Assembly (NCBI GenBank): GCA_951406725.2
Contig: OX597837.1
Span: 9,796,001 to 9,860,000 of the forward strand
Length of the DNA: 64,000 nucleotides
From: Octopus vulgaris
Taxonomy: Eukaryota
Direction: 5' to 3'
Shown here: positions 14,972 to 29,531 of the stretch, piece by piece
Position numbering within the stretch: position 1 is the stretch's first letter
How the letters are laid out: each line of letters starts with the position of its first letter
Program-made: the position numbers and the translations under genes
Notes under the pieces: generated by a model
Told to the model about the DNA's origin: nothing
What the model saw: only the letters and a program-made list of their open reading frames with translations
Databases searched by the model: none

Positions 14972-15390
14972 TACCTATTTCTTTACTACCCACAGGGGGC
15001 TAAACATAGAGAGGACAAACAAGGACAGACAAACGGATTAAGTCGATTCCATCGACCCCAGTGCGTAACTGGTACTTACTTAATCGACCCCGAAAGGTTG
15101 AAAGGCAAAGTCGACCTCGGCGAAATTTGAACTCAGAACGTAGCAGCAGACAAAATACCTATTTCTTTACTACCCACAAGATGCTAAACACGGAGAGGAC
15201 AAACAAGGACAGACAAACGGTTTAAGTCGATTACATGGACCCCAGTGCGTAACTGGTACTTATTTGATCGACCCCGAAAGGATGAAAGGCAAAGTCGACC
15301 TCAGCGGAATTTGAACTCAGAATGTAACGGCAGACGAAATACCGCTAAGCATTTCGCCCGGTGCGCTAACGTTTCTGCCAGCTCCCCACC
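14972..15390 (-). mobile_element. Tandem dimer of tRNA-derived SINE family B (GGCGGCGAGCTGGCAGAA head, GCCTTTCATCCTTTCGGGGTCGAT core)
   Basis: Two ~183-bp-period copies with B-box GAGTTCAAATTCC on the minus strand; the family has well over a dozen copies in the window. Confidence 0.85.
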
Positions 15391-15667
15391 GATGTAAACT
15401 ATACCGTTCAGCCTTTCGGGGACAATGAAAGAAAATACCAACCAAGTGCTGGGGTCAATGGTATCGCCTAACCCTCTCTCACTTCAAAATAACTGTTCTT
15501 GAACCTAAACCACAAGCCATTTAATATCCACAATACATTTTGTAACTGTTTGTTTTGTTGTTGTTGCTGATATTTGTGATTTTCCTTTTTGTATCTAACA
15601 GGAAATTAGTTGCGAGGACACCGCAGGAGGTGGGTCGCAACTTCAGAGATTACGGAATAGTTTTGTA

Positions 15668-15900
15668 TTAGATTGGTTCATAATTATTGCGGCTATTTTT
15701 TTTTCAATAAATTTTATTCAGCAAAAACAATAACGACATTTAACAAAAGCATCTTTAAATGATTATTCCGGAGCATATTCACCATCTACTTCAACTTCTG
15801 CTTGGCGTTCTGTTTAAATTAGCGTTTTGTTTCAATTTTTTGTTGAAAAGAAAATTTATTGAAAGAAAAACACAGCCGCAATAATTATGCACCAACCTCA
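15668..15900. mobile_element. Mariner-type MITE (Hsmar1/MADE1-like TIRs)
   Basis: Left TTAGATTGGTTCATAATTATTGCGGCT preceded by TA; right AGCCGCAATAATTATGCACCAACCT. Resembles the mariner TIR TTAGGTTGGTGCAAAAGTAATTGCGG; the IR extends inward (TTCAATAAATTTT/AAAATTTATTGAA). Confidence 0.75.
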
Positions 15901-16660
15901 TTATTTGAGGGGTCAAATACCTAAGAACCAGGTAAACCTTGAGTGAAGAGAACTACGAACAAAAGACTATCCGTTAGGAATATCTCCGTTTTCACTTTTT
16001 AAGCTATCTATGAATAAATTATTGAATCTGTTCTGGTATGTTTAAAACATATAATTTAGGGGAAAATTTAACTGCTGTTTCCATTTAGTGGAACGGCCGA
16101 TTCCTTGACTACAATATGCTGACAGATTTATCGATATATTTTTAGGGGATATTCAATACATTTGGAACAATAATTCCGTAATTTAGACTTTGTTATAAAA
16201 TTTCTGAAACAAAACATAATTAGTGAATTCTCGGCTTTTGTTTAAAATGGGTAGCGTGTGTGTGTGAGAGAGAGAGAGTGTGTGTGTGTACGTGTGTGTG
16301 TGTTTGTATTTGTGTGTGTATATGTGTGTTTCTGTTGGTGTTTGTTTCTATGCGAGCATATGTGTGTGCGTGTGTGTGTGTGTGCGTGCGTGTGTGTGGG
16401 TGTGTATGTATGTGTACGAGTGTGTGTGTGTGTGCATATGTGGGTGGGAGTATGTGCATGTGTGTGTTTGTATTTGTGTGTGTAAGTGTTTCTGTTTGTG
16501 TTTTGTGTGTGTGTGTGTGTGTGTGTGCATATATGTGTGTGAGTGTGTATGTATGTGTGCGAGTGTGTGTGTGAGTATGTGTGTGTACGTATGTATGTTT
16601 GTATTTGTGTGTGTATATGTGTTTCTGTTTCTGCTTGTTTGAGTGTGTGCGAGTGTGTGT

Positions 16661-16830
16661 GCATATGTGTGTGTGAATGTGTATGTACGTGTGTGTGTTT
16701 GCCTTTGTGTGTATGTGTGTGCGTATGTGTGTGTGAATGTGTATGTACGTGTGTGTGTTTGCCTTTGTGTGTATGTGTGTGCGTATGTGTGTGTGAATGT
16801 GTATGTACGTGTGTGTGTTTGCATTTGTGT
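16661..16830. repeat. 60-bp higher-order tandem repeat inside a (GT)-rich cryptic microsatellite
   Basis: Sequence at 16681-16740 and 16741-16800 is identical; about 2.8 copies. Confidence 0.85.
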
Positions 16831-17064
16831 GTGTATGTGTGTTTCTAAGAATGACTTGGGTATGCATATGTACATATACATAAATGCGTGAATGTGTATG
16901 CGCGTGCGTTCGTGTGTAAATTGATATACATATATACATGTCAATACACACATACATGTGTGCGTGCGGGGGCGGTGCGCGCGTGTGCATGTGTAAACAT
17001 AAATATCGATACATAGATAGATAGACAGATAGATAGAGAGAGACAGAGACAGAGACAGAGAGAC

Positions 17065-17173
<109 letters not shown>

Positions 17174-17646
17174 CAGAGACAGACAGACAGATAGACTGAT
17201 AGATAGATATTATGCGTATATTAAAAGGCCTGAGTGTGTCCCTCTATGCAGGTATGTGTCTTTATGTGTGTACGTGTGTTTGCATAACGCATTTCGCTCT
17301 ATAAATGTATGTCTCTGCATTTGTTCGCTTCCATTTCATTCCTACATTGTTTTCCTTACATCCCGTTCCCCTTCCTTTCAATTCTCCTTTTTCTCTTCCT
17401 CAGTTCTCCATCCTTTAATAGTCTCATGCTCTTATTTATTATTTGCCTAAAATTATTTCTTCCGTTCATTTTTTTATTATTTTTTTTTGTTTGTTTTTCG
17501 TTGCTGTAAAATCATTTTTCTTTTCGTTCGGGTCTTTTACCTTCTTTCAACCTTTCATCATTTAACACATTTTCTCGGTCATTCTAACTTTCTTTCAAAC
17601 ATTGGCCCATTGTTCTCCTCTCATACATTCAGTCTTTCTTTTACTA

Positions 17647-17707
<61 letters not shown>

Positions 17708-17708
17708 C

Positions 17709-17742
<34 letters not shown>

Positions 17743-17797
17743 TTTTACCTATCTAGATTCCTCTTTGTCTCTCTCTGCCTCTCACATTTTATTTCTC

Positions 17798-17866
<69 letters not shown>

Positions 17867-18004
17867 GTGTCTAAAACTTCGCACTTACTAAATATGCGTG
17901 AATTTTTAATATTATCTCACACCCCATTATTTACTTTCTCTCTTTATCTTTTTCGATTTATAGATCTTTCTATGTCGCTATCTACCTGTCTATCTATCTA
18001 TCTG

Positions 18005-18075
<71 letters not shown>

Positions 18076-18314
18076 CTGTTTGTCTATCTATCTATCTATC
18101 TCTGTTTGTCTATCTATCTATCTATCTAAATATCCACCTATTTGTCTATCTACTTATTTACCAACTTATCTACCAATCAATGTAACTTCCTGCCATCTTA
18201 CTTCTCTCTCTCTCTCTTTCTCTCTTTTTGTCTCTTCCTCTCTCTCTCTCTCTCTCCCTTCATATATACATACCTATATATACGTGTATATATAGATAGA
18301 TATATATACATATA

Positions 18315-18359
<45 letters not shown>

Positions 18360-19147
18360 TTGACGATAATAGTTTGCTTCATCTTTTCTGTCTTTGTTCC
18401 TTTCAAATTATTCTCTCATATCCCTCCTCCTCCTCCTTTCTCCCTCCCTCTTTCTCTCTGTTACCCCCACCCCAACCCCCGCCACTCTCTCGCTCTTTCT
18501 CACAAATCGAAGCGTTTTACGAAATAAAGAAACAACAATAAATTTAATTGCACATCAACAAAAACAACAACTACAAACAATAGTAAAACAACTGTAGCAA
18601 CAACAGCAACAACAATGGGGAACCAACCGTATCCGACAAACAGACAGACAGAATTGATCATTTAGCGAACAAATTAGTCCACTTAGCACAGGCAGACAGA
18701 CATACAGACAGGCGAACAATTCTCAAGGTCTCACCAACACGTATACCACAACCACCACATCTACCGCCCATACAACCATTACTATTATCATCGTGACCAG
18801 CGCTAATACTACCACCCACACCAACACTACTTAAATCCCAGTACAGCCACCATCCATGCTACCACTGCTAATGCTACCACTTTGATTACTACTACTGTTA
18901 CCTCCACTAATATTCATATCGCTAATACCATCGCTACTACTACCACAACAGGCACAAACTACATCAGTACCACTAATACCGCTACAACTACTACAGTCGC
19001 TATTATTGCCAGAAACACCGTCATTATTACCACTTCCTATTTTCACCAGCACTACCACCGAGCAAACCCCAAAGATTACCAAAAATTTAAACACCACCAC
19101 TCATAACATCAATATATAGAGAGAGATAGACACACAGACAAACAGGC

Positions 19148-19193
<46 letters not shown>

Positions 19194-19244
19194 GTAGGTA
19201 GATAGATAGATAGATAACTGTATATATAGATATACATATATGCA

Positions 19245-19364
<120 letters not shown>

Positions 19365-19437
19365 AAAAAGATATACCTGCATGTAGGTATACAACAGCAA
19401 CATGTATGTGCATGTATGCATGTATATAAATATAATT

Positions 19438-19481
<44 letters not shown>

Positions 19482-19490
19482 AATTATATT

Positions 19491-19560
<70 letters not shown>

Positions 19561-19725
19561 GTCAGATCTATATATAGCTTACATAGGTAGAGATAGATGA
19601 AAATGCAAGTCGGAAATAAAGTAGCAAAACAAACCAAACAAAACAACATTTTATCTCTTACCTTATTTTCCAATATTTCGAGCAAAAATTCTCTTTATCA
19701 AGAGATAAATTAATGTTCATTTTCT

Positions 19726-20157
19726 TTTCGTACTTTTTAATCGATCCATTGATATTTAAGACAAAAACGTAAAAGTGTATTTTACTCATGGCAGTGTGGT
19801 AAGAAGTTTGCTCCTCCAGCCTCCACTCAGCCACATGGTTCCGGGTTCCGTCCCAATGCGTGGCTCCTTGGGCAAGTGTCTTATACTGTAGCCTCGGGCC
19901 GACCACAGATGTGTGAGTAGATTTGGTAGAAGGAAACTGAATTTCGTACTTTTTAATCGATCCATTGATATTTAAGACAAAAATGTAAAAGTGTATTTTA
20001 CTCATGGCAGTGTGGTAAGAAGTTTGCTCCTCCAGCCTCCACTCAGCCACATGGTTCCGGGTTCCGTCCCAATGCGTGGCTCCTTGGGCAAGTGTCTTAT
20101 ACTGTAGCCTCGGGCCGACCACAGATGTGTGAGTAGATTTGGTAGAAGGAAACTGAA
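19726..20157. repeat. 216-bp direct tandem duplication containing the 5' half of a family-A SINE
   Basis: 19726-19941 vs 19942-20157; one visible mismatch (AAACGT/AAATGT). Confidence 0.9.
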
Positions 20158-20393
20158 AAAAGCCTGTCATATATATGTATGTATGTGTATGTGCTAAAGT
20201 AATTATATAAATAATAAATAAATATTTAAATAAGTAAATATGTTTGTTTTGCAAGACGGTTGATGTGAAAATGAGTGTGGAAACAAATATTGTTATAATT
20301 GGGTACGGTCATTTTTATTTCGAATATATTTTTGCCAAGAGATAAAGAACATTTTTACCAACATCACAGTTGTAACTGAGATTTTTTCAAAAC

Positions 20394-20750
20394 TTTCCTG
20401 GAAAGTTCCGAGTTTGAGATTTCCTGGAAAATTCCGAGGACTCTCTGGAAAGTTCCGAGGTTGAGACTCTCTGGAAAATTCCGAGAACTTCCTGGAAAGT
20501 TCCGAGAATGAGTGTTCCTGGGAAATTCCGAGGACTTCCTGGAAAGATCCGAGGATGAGAGAATTCCTGGAAAGTTTCAAGGATGAGAGACTTCCTATAA
20601 AATCCTAGGACTTCCTGGAAAGTTCCGAGGATGAGAGACTTCCTGGGAAAAAAACCTAGGACTTCCTGGAAAGTTCCGAGGATGAGAGACTTCCTGGGAA
20701 AATCCTAGGACTTCTTGGAAACTTCCGAGGATGAATGTCTTTCTGGAAAA
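20394..20750. repeat. Minisatellite built from CTTCCTGGAAAGTTCCGAGG(ATGAGAGA) units
   Basis: Many imperfect copies of a 20-28-bp motif. Confidence 0.85.
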
Positions 20751-20859
20751 TACCTGCTGGCATTTTTACTGCTAATAACCCCAATGTATCTTCTTCACCA
20801 ACTCTGACATCAAATTTCATAACATCTGTGGAATTCACACCCACAATGCTGTGACACAA

Positions 20860-21478
20860 ACAAGAATAAGCGCAACTATGCGTCCCCTGGTCTTGATGGG
20901 GTAACTTATTTTCTTCTCAAACCTGGTGGGTTCTTTCTATTGCATCAGCTTTCTTCCTTTTGTCAATTCTGCCTTAATAACTGTGTCACTTCAGAGCACT
21001 GGAAAATTGCCAGTGTCGTTCCCCTTTACAAAAAGGGTGACCGCACATCACCTGTCAACTACTGTCCAGTCAGCCTTACTTGCTGCATCACCAAACTGAT
21101 GGAGTCTTGTGTCAGAGAAACACTCTGGAACTTTTGGTGCCCTCACAGCCTTATTTAGCCCTCACAATTTGGTTTTATCCCCAACTCCAGTTGCTGTAGT
21201 CAAGTTTCTTGAGGACATCACCTGAGTTATTGATGGCGGCTCATGGGTGGATACTATCTACCCTGAGTTTGCTAAAGCCTTCAACTCTGTACCACACAAA
21301 CGACTCATGGTAAAACTCACTGCAGTGACTGTGAAAGATGATCTCTATAACTGGCTGAAGTCCTTCATTCTCGGCCGGAAAGATGTAGTTACGGTTAGGA
21401 CATCGTTCTCCACCATACGAGATTACTTCTGGTGTACCACAGGGATCTGTTCTTGGACCTTTACTGTTGGTTGCCCAG
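20860..21478 (+). pseudogene. Decayed CR1/L2/Jockey-group LINE reverse transcriptase fragment
   Basis: WKIASVVPLYKKGDRTSPVNYCPVSLT, QFGF, DTIYPEFAKAFNSVPHKRL and, after a frameshift, SGVPQGSVLGPLL; stops and frameshifts present. Confidence 0.9.
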
Positions 21479-21558
21479 TAGATTTTGAAAAAATTAGGAT
21501 GTATAAACAAGAGGCACAAAGTTTGTACGTCTCGGGTTTATATATTTAAACCAAGGTG

Positions 21559-21639
21559 TTCCTGCTGAGGACGATTTCACCTAGAGTGTATATGTTATTT
21601 TACTTGCTAAACTAAAATCAGAAACCAATTGGTCCAGAA
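21559..21639 (+). ncRNA. Type I hammerhead ribozyme-like motif
   Basis: CTG-CTGAGGA-cGATTT...AAATCa-GAAA-CCAATTGG-TC-CAG; core intact, GUC triplet, one mismatch at the base of stem II. Confidence 0.65.
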
Positions 21640-21823
21640 AACTAGATGGTAAAATGTTTTTATTTTTTCATTTCATTCCTGTCGAATTTCATCCCTAATT
21701 TTGTGGTTATAGAATCTAGCTGTTCTTTCTAGCGTGTTGAATCCCACGAGTGGATTCATCATGCATTTAAATATACACTGTATTTTATGAATTATATATA
21801 TATATAATTTTTGTATTAATGGA

Positions 21824-21907
21824 AAACCTCTGATGAGTACTCAGCATCTTAAATCTGTTATGATACTTACAACATTTAATAAAATGATGTAGTACGAAAC
21901 GATCGTA
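21824..21907 (+). ncRNA. Hammerhead ribozyme core lacking the 3' strand of stem I
   Basis: CTGATGA(21830-21836)-GTACT...AGTAC-GAAA-CGATCG-TA; no complement to upstream AAACCT after the cleavage triplet. Confidence 0.6.
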
Positions 21908-21942
21908 CCAAATTACCGGAGTCATTCTTGTTGCTTATTTTG

Positions 21943-22024
<82 letters not shown>

Positions 22025-22486
22025 CATATATACATACATACATATATATATATACATACATACAAACGAATATATGTATGTGTGTGTGTGTGTGTGTGTG
22101 TAAGCATCCATGCATATTCGTATCTGAAATACGTCAGATTATTATAAAGTACCAAGAAACGGACCTCAATTATAAAGGAACTTTACAGAAAACTCACATT
22201 TATATATGCGTGGCTGTGGATGGGTGAGTATGCAAGTGCGTGTATATGCGTATACATCTGTATACATACATGTAGATTTACGAACCACATCACACACGCT
22301 CGCACACACACACACACAGACTATCGATTTTAAGGGCTGGTGATGAGTTATACAGCACAATAGCTTCCAAATCGATTTTCGCCGAAATAACATGTATGTA
22401 CGATTTCATTTGTATGTATGTGGGTTAGCACTCGCGTTATGCGTGCGTTTTTGTGTATGTGTATGTAAAGATATAGAAATATATAT

Positions 22487-22570
<84 letters not shown>

Positions 22571-22575
22571 CCTGC

Positions 22576-22639
<64 letters not shown>

Positions 22640-22646
22640 GTATATA

Positions 22647-22695
<49 letters not shown>

Positions 22696-22777
22696 GTACA
22701 TACATACATAACAAGATAGGCAGGCACGCAGACAGGCAGGCACACAGACAGGCAGGCAGACTGACAAACAGACAGAC

Positions 22778-22836
<59 letters not shown>

Positions 22837-22857
22837 CTGACAAACAGACAGATAGAT

Positions 22858-22900
<43 letters not shown>

Positions 22901-23220
22901 TATAGAAAGGTAGATAGATTGGTAGATAGATAGGTAGGTAGGTAGGTATGTATGTATGTATGTAGGTAGGTAGGTAGGTAGGTAGGTAGGTAGGTAGGTA
23001 GTTAGGTAGGTAGGTAGGTATGTAGGTAGGTAGGCATAAACGCACACATTTACAGGCGTGTGGGCTGTTAGACTCCGCTGAAGGCCCCGAAGGGCCTGTA
23101 GGTGTTCGAGGTGATGGTGGTGAGGGCGGTGGCGGTGGCGGGGGTGTTGGTGGTGGAAACGGCGATATTAACCGAGTAAATTATGAAGTCAACCAAACAC
23201 TGATTCAAGGCCACATATAC

Positions 23221-23253
<33 letters not shown>

Positions 23254-23629
23254 CATATATACATACATACATACGCGCGCACACACGGCCAAATACACAC
23301 ATACACACATACACTCATACACACATGCACACACATACATACACCAAACGTCGTCAGCAATTTAGGTTTTCAGTTTCCAAATGGTTTTTGTTTGTTATTT
23401 TTTGCTCTGAAAACGCAGAAAACAGCTGACTACAAACACACAAACACGCACACATACAGACACACACAGGTGCGCGCACACACACACATACACATATATA
23501 TACACCCATTCACTTACATACACACATGCTCACACACACAAACGCACACAAAACAAAAAAAAACAAATCTGGATATATATAGATACATATTTGTCTGGGT
23601 GTGTATGTATATATGTAAGCATATATATA

Positions 23630-23677
<48 letters not shown>

Positions 23678-23768
23678 CTTACATGTATACGTACATACAT
23701 ATACATATATGTATATATATATGTGCATATATATATGTATGCATATATATATATATAAATATGCATAC

Positions 23769-23805
<37 letters not shown>

Positions 23806-23866
23806 AATAGGTAGATACGAATATATATATACATACATATATATACATATATGCATATACATATAA

Positions 23867-23944
<78 letters not shown>

Positions 23945-24102
23945 CATATATATACAACACTTGCAGTCCTTTAGAATGCAGACGTTATGTCACACGAACT
24001 TTCTCAGATTTAATCGTATAATGACTGATATTAACTGGTTTAACCACACAAAAAAAACGTGCACTCGCGTGCAGTCTCTCTAAGTCTGCCTGTCTCCACT
24101 CC

Positions 24103-24134
<32 letters not shown>

Positions 24135-24441
24135 CTTATCTATCTACTCGTATCTATGTATTAGTTTTTCTATCGCCCGATCTTTCTCTATATCAACTAG
24201 TCTAACTTTCTCAGTGTATACTATGCGTATAAAATGTAGAGACACGACCCCACTGTTCAGTGATGAACAAAATATGTAGCAGCCGGGCACTGGCGTTGCG
24301 TGTGATCGAACATGCCAGTCTCCGCCTCACATAAATTCAGACCTTATCCCAATGAAGGGTTTTGGGCATCCCCTCAACAGGTTCTCTCTTCCTCTTGTTC
24401 TACGTACTATATATATATGCACACACACATACACATTTATG

Positions 24442-24517
<76 letters not shown>

Positions 24518-24834
24518 TGTGTGTACGTATATTGATAGATAGATAGACAGACAGACAGATAGAGAAGGTTACCCATGCATGTATACTATCAAATATATGC
24601 ATGTGCGTGTGTGTATATATAAATATGTATATATATATATATATATATATACATCTATACATATATGCATATATATATGTATATGTATATATGCATATAT
24701 ATATATGTGTGTGTGTGTATATATACATATATATATATATGTATATACATATATATATATATATATTCATATATATATATGTATACATATATATATATAT
24801 ATTCATATATACATATACATATATATATACATAT

Positions 24835-24867
<33 letters not shown>

Positions 24868-24870
24868 CTA

Positions 24871-24922
<52 letters not shown>

Positions 24923-25025
24923 TACACACTATTTTACAAACATGCACTTATACGTAAATATTTACTTCAACACGCCCTCTTTCTACACATTCACATATAT
25001 TTATGCATATATATGACTATATAAG

Positions 25026-25085
<60 letters not shown>

Positions 25086-25545
25086 TGTATGTTTGTGTGC
25101 GTGTGTGAGTGTGTGTGTACATATATATCTGTATTGATGTACATATATACATACGATATATATATGTATGTTACACACACACATACACACACAAACTCTT
25201 ACAAACTCAAACGCACGCGCAGACAGGCGCATATATATACACGCACGTCCGCACACACTCACACACATATACACACACATACACACACACATATACACAT
25301 CCATATTACTCATATCCCAACAAAAACAGACGGCAAGGTAAAGAGAGGTAAACACACTAAAATCCGATCAAATACAGCTGGTAGTCTTTCACGCACTCAC
25401 ACACACACACACACAACCACAAATTCGCGCATGCACCGCAAAAAGAAAAAAAAAACTTCTCTCCACGCGCCGCGTTTCCGAACAGTTCGCTCGTAGTTTG
25501 TGTTGAGGGCGAAACTCCGCTTTTGCGCTTTTGCAGGGCCCTAAT

Positions 25546-25762
25546 ATGGCGGGCTTCACCTCTCTAAGCCAGTGGATTCAAGTCGCCACGGCCGTAATGT
25601 CGTACGCCGCGGGACTACAAATCACCGGATTAGTAACGCACAACTGGTGCCGGACTTCTCTCTCTCAAATGGGACTTTTCCAACCGGCTACATACATACC
25701 CGCTTCTGTTATGTTTGATGACCCGGAGGATGTTTGTATAAGAGTATGGGCGCTTCAACCGG
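25546..25762 (+). CDS. Claudin/PMP-22/EMP/MP20-superfamily tetraspan membrane protein, coding exon 1 of 3
   Basis: ATG at 25546; MAGFTSLSQWIQVATAVMSYAAGLQITGLVTHNWCRTSLSQMGLF...VCIRVWALQP (TM1 plus W...GLF...C loop); donor G|GTAAGT, phase 1; a possible acceptor TTTTGCAG ends at 25536. Confidence 0.85.
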
Positions 25763-25957
25763 GTAAGTGTCTCTGGGTATACTTAATAAATGTAATAACA
25801 AAGTAACAAAACAAGAAAATACGAAAAAACGAAACCTGAAGTGATCCTTGTTGAGTGGGGGGAAAAAACGAATGATAACAAAAATTATGTATACAGACAC
25901 GTACACAAAATATGGATAAATAAATACTAATTTATGTATATATACATATAAATATAC

Positions 25958-25995
<38 letters not shown>

Positions 25996-26181
25996 ATACA
26001 TATACATATGCACATATATATATGTGTGTCTGTGTGTTAGTATATACATTATATATAAATACATATGTACGTATGTATACTTGATTACATCCATCCATCT
26101 ATACATACATGCTTGCATACATACATACATATGTGCGCACATACATACATGCATACATACATCCTTATATACATACATACA

Positions 26182-26215
<34 letters not shown>

Positions 26216-26225
26216 CATACATACA

Positions 26226-26259
<34 letters not shown>

Positions 26260-26716
26260 CATACATACATACATACATCTATACATACATACGTACGTAA
26301 GTACATACCTGCATGCATACATCCACCCATCCATCCATACATACATACATTCATACTCACATGCATGTATGCATACATGCATGCATACATCCATCTATCC
26401 ATCCATACATACATACATAAATGCATGCATGCATACATACATACATACATACATATATACATACATACATACACATGCGTACATACATACATACATACAT
26501 ACATACATACATACATACATACATACATACATACATACATACATACATACATACACATACGTATACCTTTATATATATATAATATCAGGGTAATGAAGAT
26601 TAAGATATTTTTCACTACCAGTGACCTAGTGTATAGAAAAATTATTCAAAAGACTATACATTATTCATATAAAATACAGCGTACATTTAAACACATTAAG
26701 AGGTTAACCTGTATTT

Positions 26717-26780
<64 letters not shown>

Positions 26781-26822
26781 CATGTATACATATATATATA
26801 TGTATATATATGTATATATATA

Positions 26823-26863
<41 letters not shown>

Positions 26864-27048
26864 GTATATATATGTGTGTGTATATATATGGGGGTGTTTG
26901 TCTCCCCTTCGTAAATATATAAGGACACAGGAAATGTGTCAAGGCCGACAGGAAGCGTCGATGCTTCCTAGGGCTAAATAGCGGTGGCGTAATCCCTTTA
27001 CGGGATTGTCACATTAAGTTGACAGTATACATCCACTCTATATATATG

Positions 27049-27171
<123 letters not shown>

Positions 27172-27351
27172 CAAAAACATACGCTCGCTTTCACGTAATT
27201 TGCAACATTGGATAACAGATTTTAATTATTGTAATTAATTTCCTTAATTGAGTTGAGTCAATTTTTTCCCCTCGCACCCGAATGTCATCACGATACATTC
27301 AAATCCACCCCTCCTACAAAACAACAGCAGCAGCAACAACAACCGCAACAA

Positions 27352-27445
<94 letters not shown>

Positions 27446-27655
27446 AAGAAGAAGAAGAATACTTTCTACTATAGGCACGTGGCCTCAAATTTGGGGGCAG
27501 GATTGAGTCGATTACATCGACTCCAGTGCGTAACTGGTACTTAGTTTATCGACCCCGAAAGGACGAAAGGCAGAGTCGACCCAGGCGGAATTTGAACTCA
27601 GAAAGTAGCGAAGAGCGAAATGCTGGTAACGATTCTGCCTGCCCACCCACCTTAG

Positions 27656-27691
<36 letters not shown>

Positions 27692-28709
27692 GTAGTAGTA
27701 GTAGTAGTAGTAGTAGTGTAGTAGTAGTAGTAGTAGTAGTAGTAGTAACGATAATGGTGGCAGTAGTGCTACTGGTGATGAATGATGAGGATGAGGAGGA
27801 GGAGGAGGAGGAGGAGGATGGTGATGATGATGATGATGATGGTGTTGATGATGATGATGATGACGATGATGATGATGATGACGATGATGATGATGAAGAT
27901 GATGATGATGGTGGTGGTGATGATGATGATGATGATGATGATGATGGTGTTGATGATGATGATGATGGTGATGATGATGGTGATGATGATGATGATGATG
28001 ATGATGATGGTGCTGCTGCTGTTGGTGCATGTGATGACGACGATGATGATGATGTTAACTTACATTAGTACAAGGCTAAAGATAATTACAACTGCCCCAC
28101 CCCTATCCTTTACTTAACGGGTACTTCCCCACCCCGAATACCCGGAAGGGTAAATGGCAAAGGTAACCTCTTCAGCGTGATTTACAGGAAAATTAAAACG
28201 AACGTTTTCTTTATTAGCCTAGTAATTATTCCATTGTTCTCTTTTGCCGAACTGCTATTTTATGGGGATGTAAACACACCAACATCGGTTGTCAAGCGAT
28301 GGTGGGAGGACAAGCAGAGACGGCGAGCTGCTTTCGATTTCCGTCTATCAAATCAACTCACAAGTCTTTGGTGTCCCATGGCTATAGTAGAAAACACCTG
28401 CCCAAGGTGCCACGCAGTGGGACTGAACCCGGAACCATGTGGTTGGGAAGCAAGCTTCGTATCACACAGCCACTCTTGTGGTTATATATATATATTTATT
28501 TACTACCCACAAGGGGCTAAACACATAGAGGTGAAACAAGGACAGACAAATGGATTAAGTCGATTATATCGACCCCAGTGTGTAACTGGTACTTATTTAA
28601 TCGACCCCGAAAGGATGAAAGGCAAAGTCGACCTCGGCGGAATTTGAACTCAAAACGTAAAAGCAGACGAAATACGGCTACGCATTTCGACTGAATAAAA
28701 ATAAAGAAA

Positions 28710-29233
<524 letters not shown>

Positions 29234-29531
29234 ATATATATATATATTTATGCGTGCGTGTTTGTGTGTGTATAAATACATACAAACACACACACACATA
29301 CACATAGATATACATACATTTGTAAAATGACAGTGTCTTCGTGATTCTGTGTCCTTGATCTACTCTCCCAGCGTTACACCTGTTGCAATAAATATATAAA
29401 GGTGTTCAGCTTGTCCCAGAAAGCTAACACATGGCCGCATTGTTATATCGTCATCTGACTTTGTTTCATTCTTTTGTCTCTCAATTCGTGGCCTGCGTAA
29501 CAGAGTTTCACTTCGTAAATACTACAAATAT

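Noticed and set aside
20394-20750. Regularly recurring ~20-28-bp repeats as a possible CRISPR array
   Set aside because: No unique spacers, irregular degenerate units, eukaryotic context, no cas genes; it is a minisatellite.
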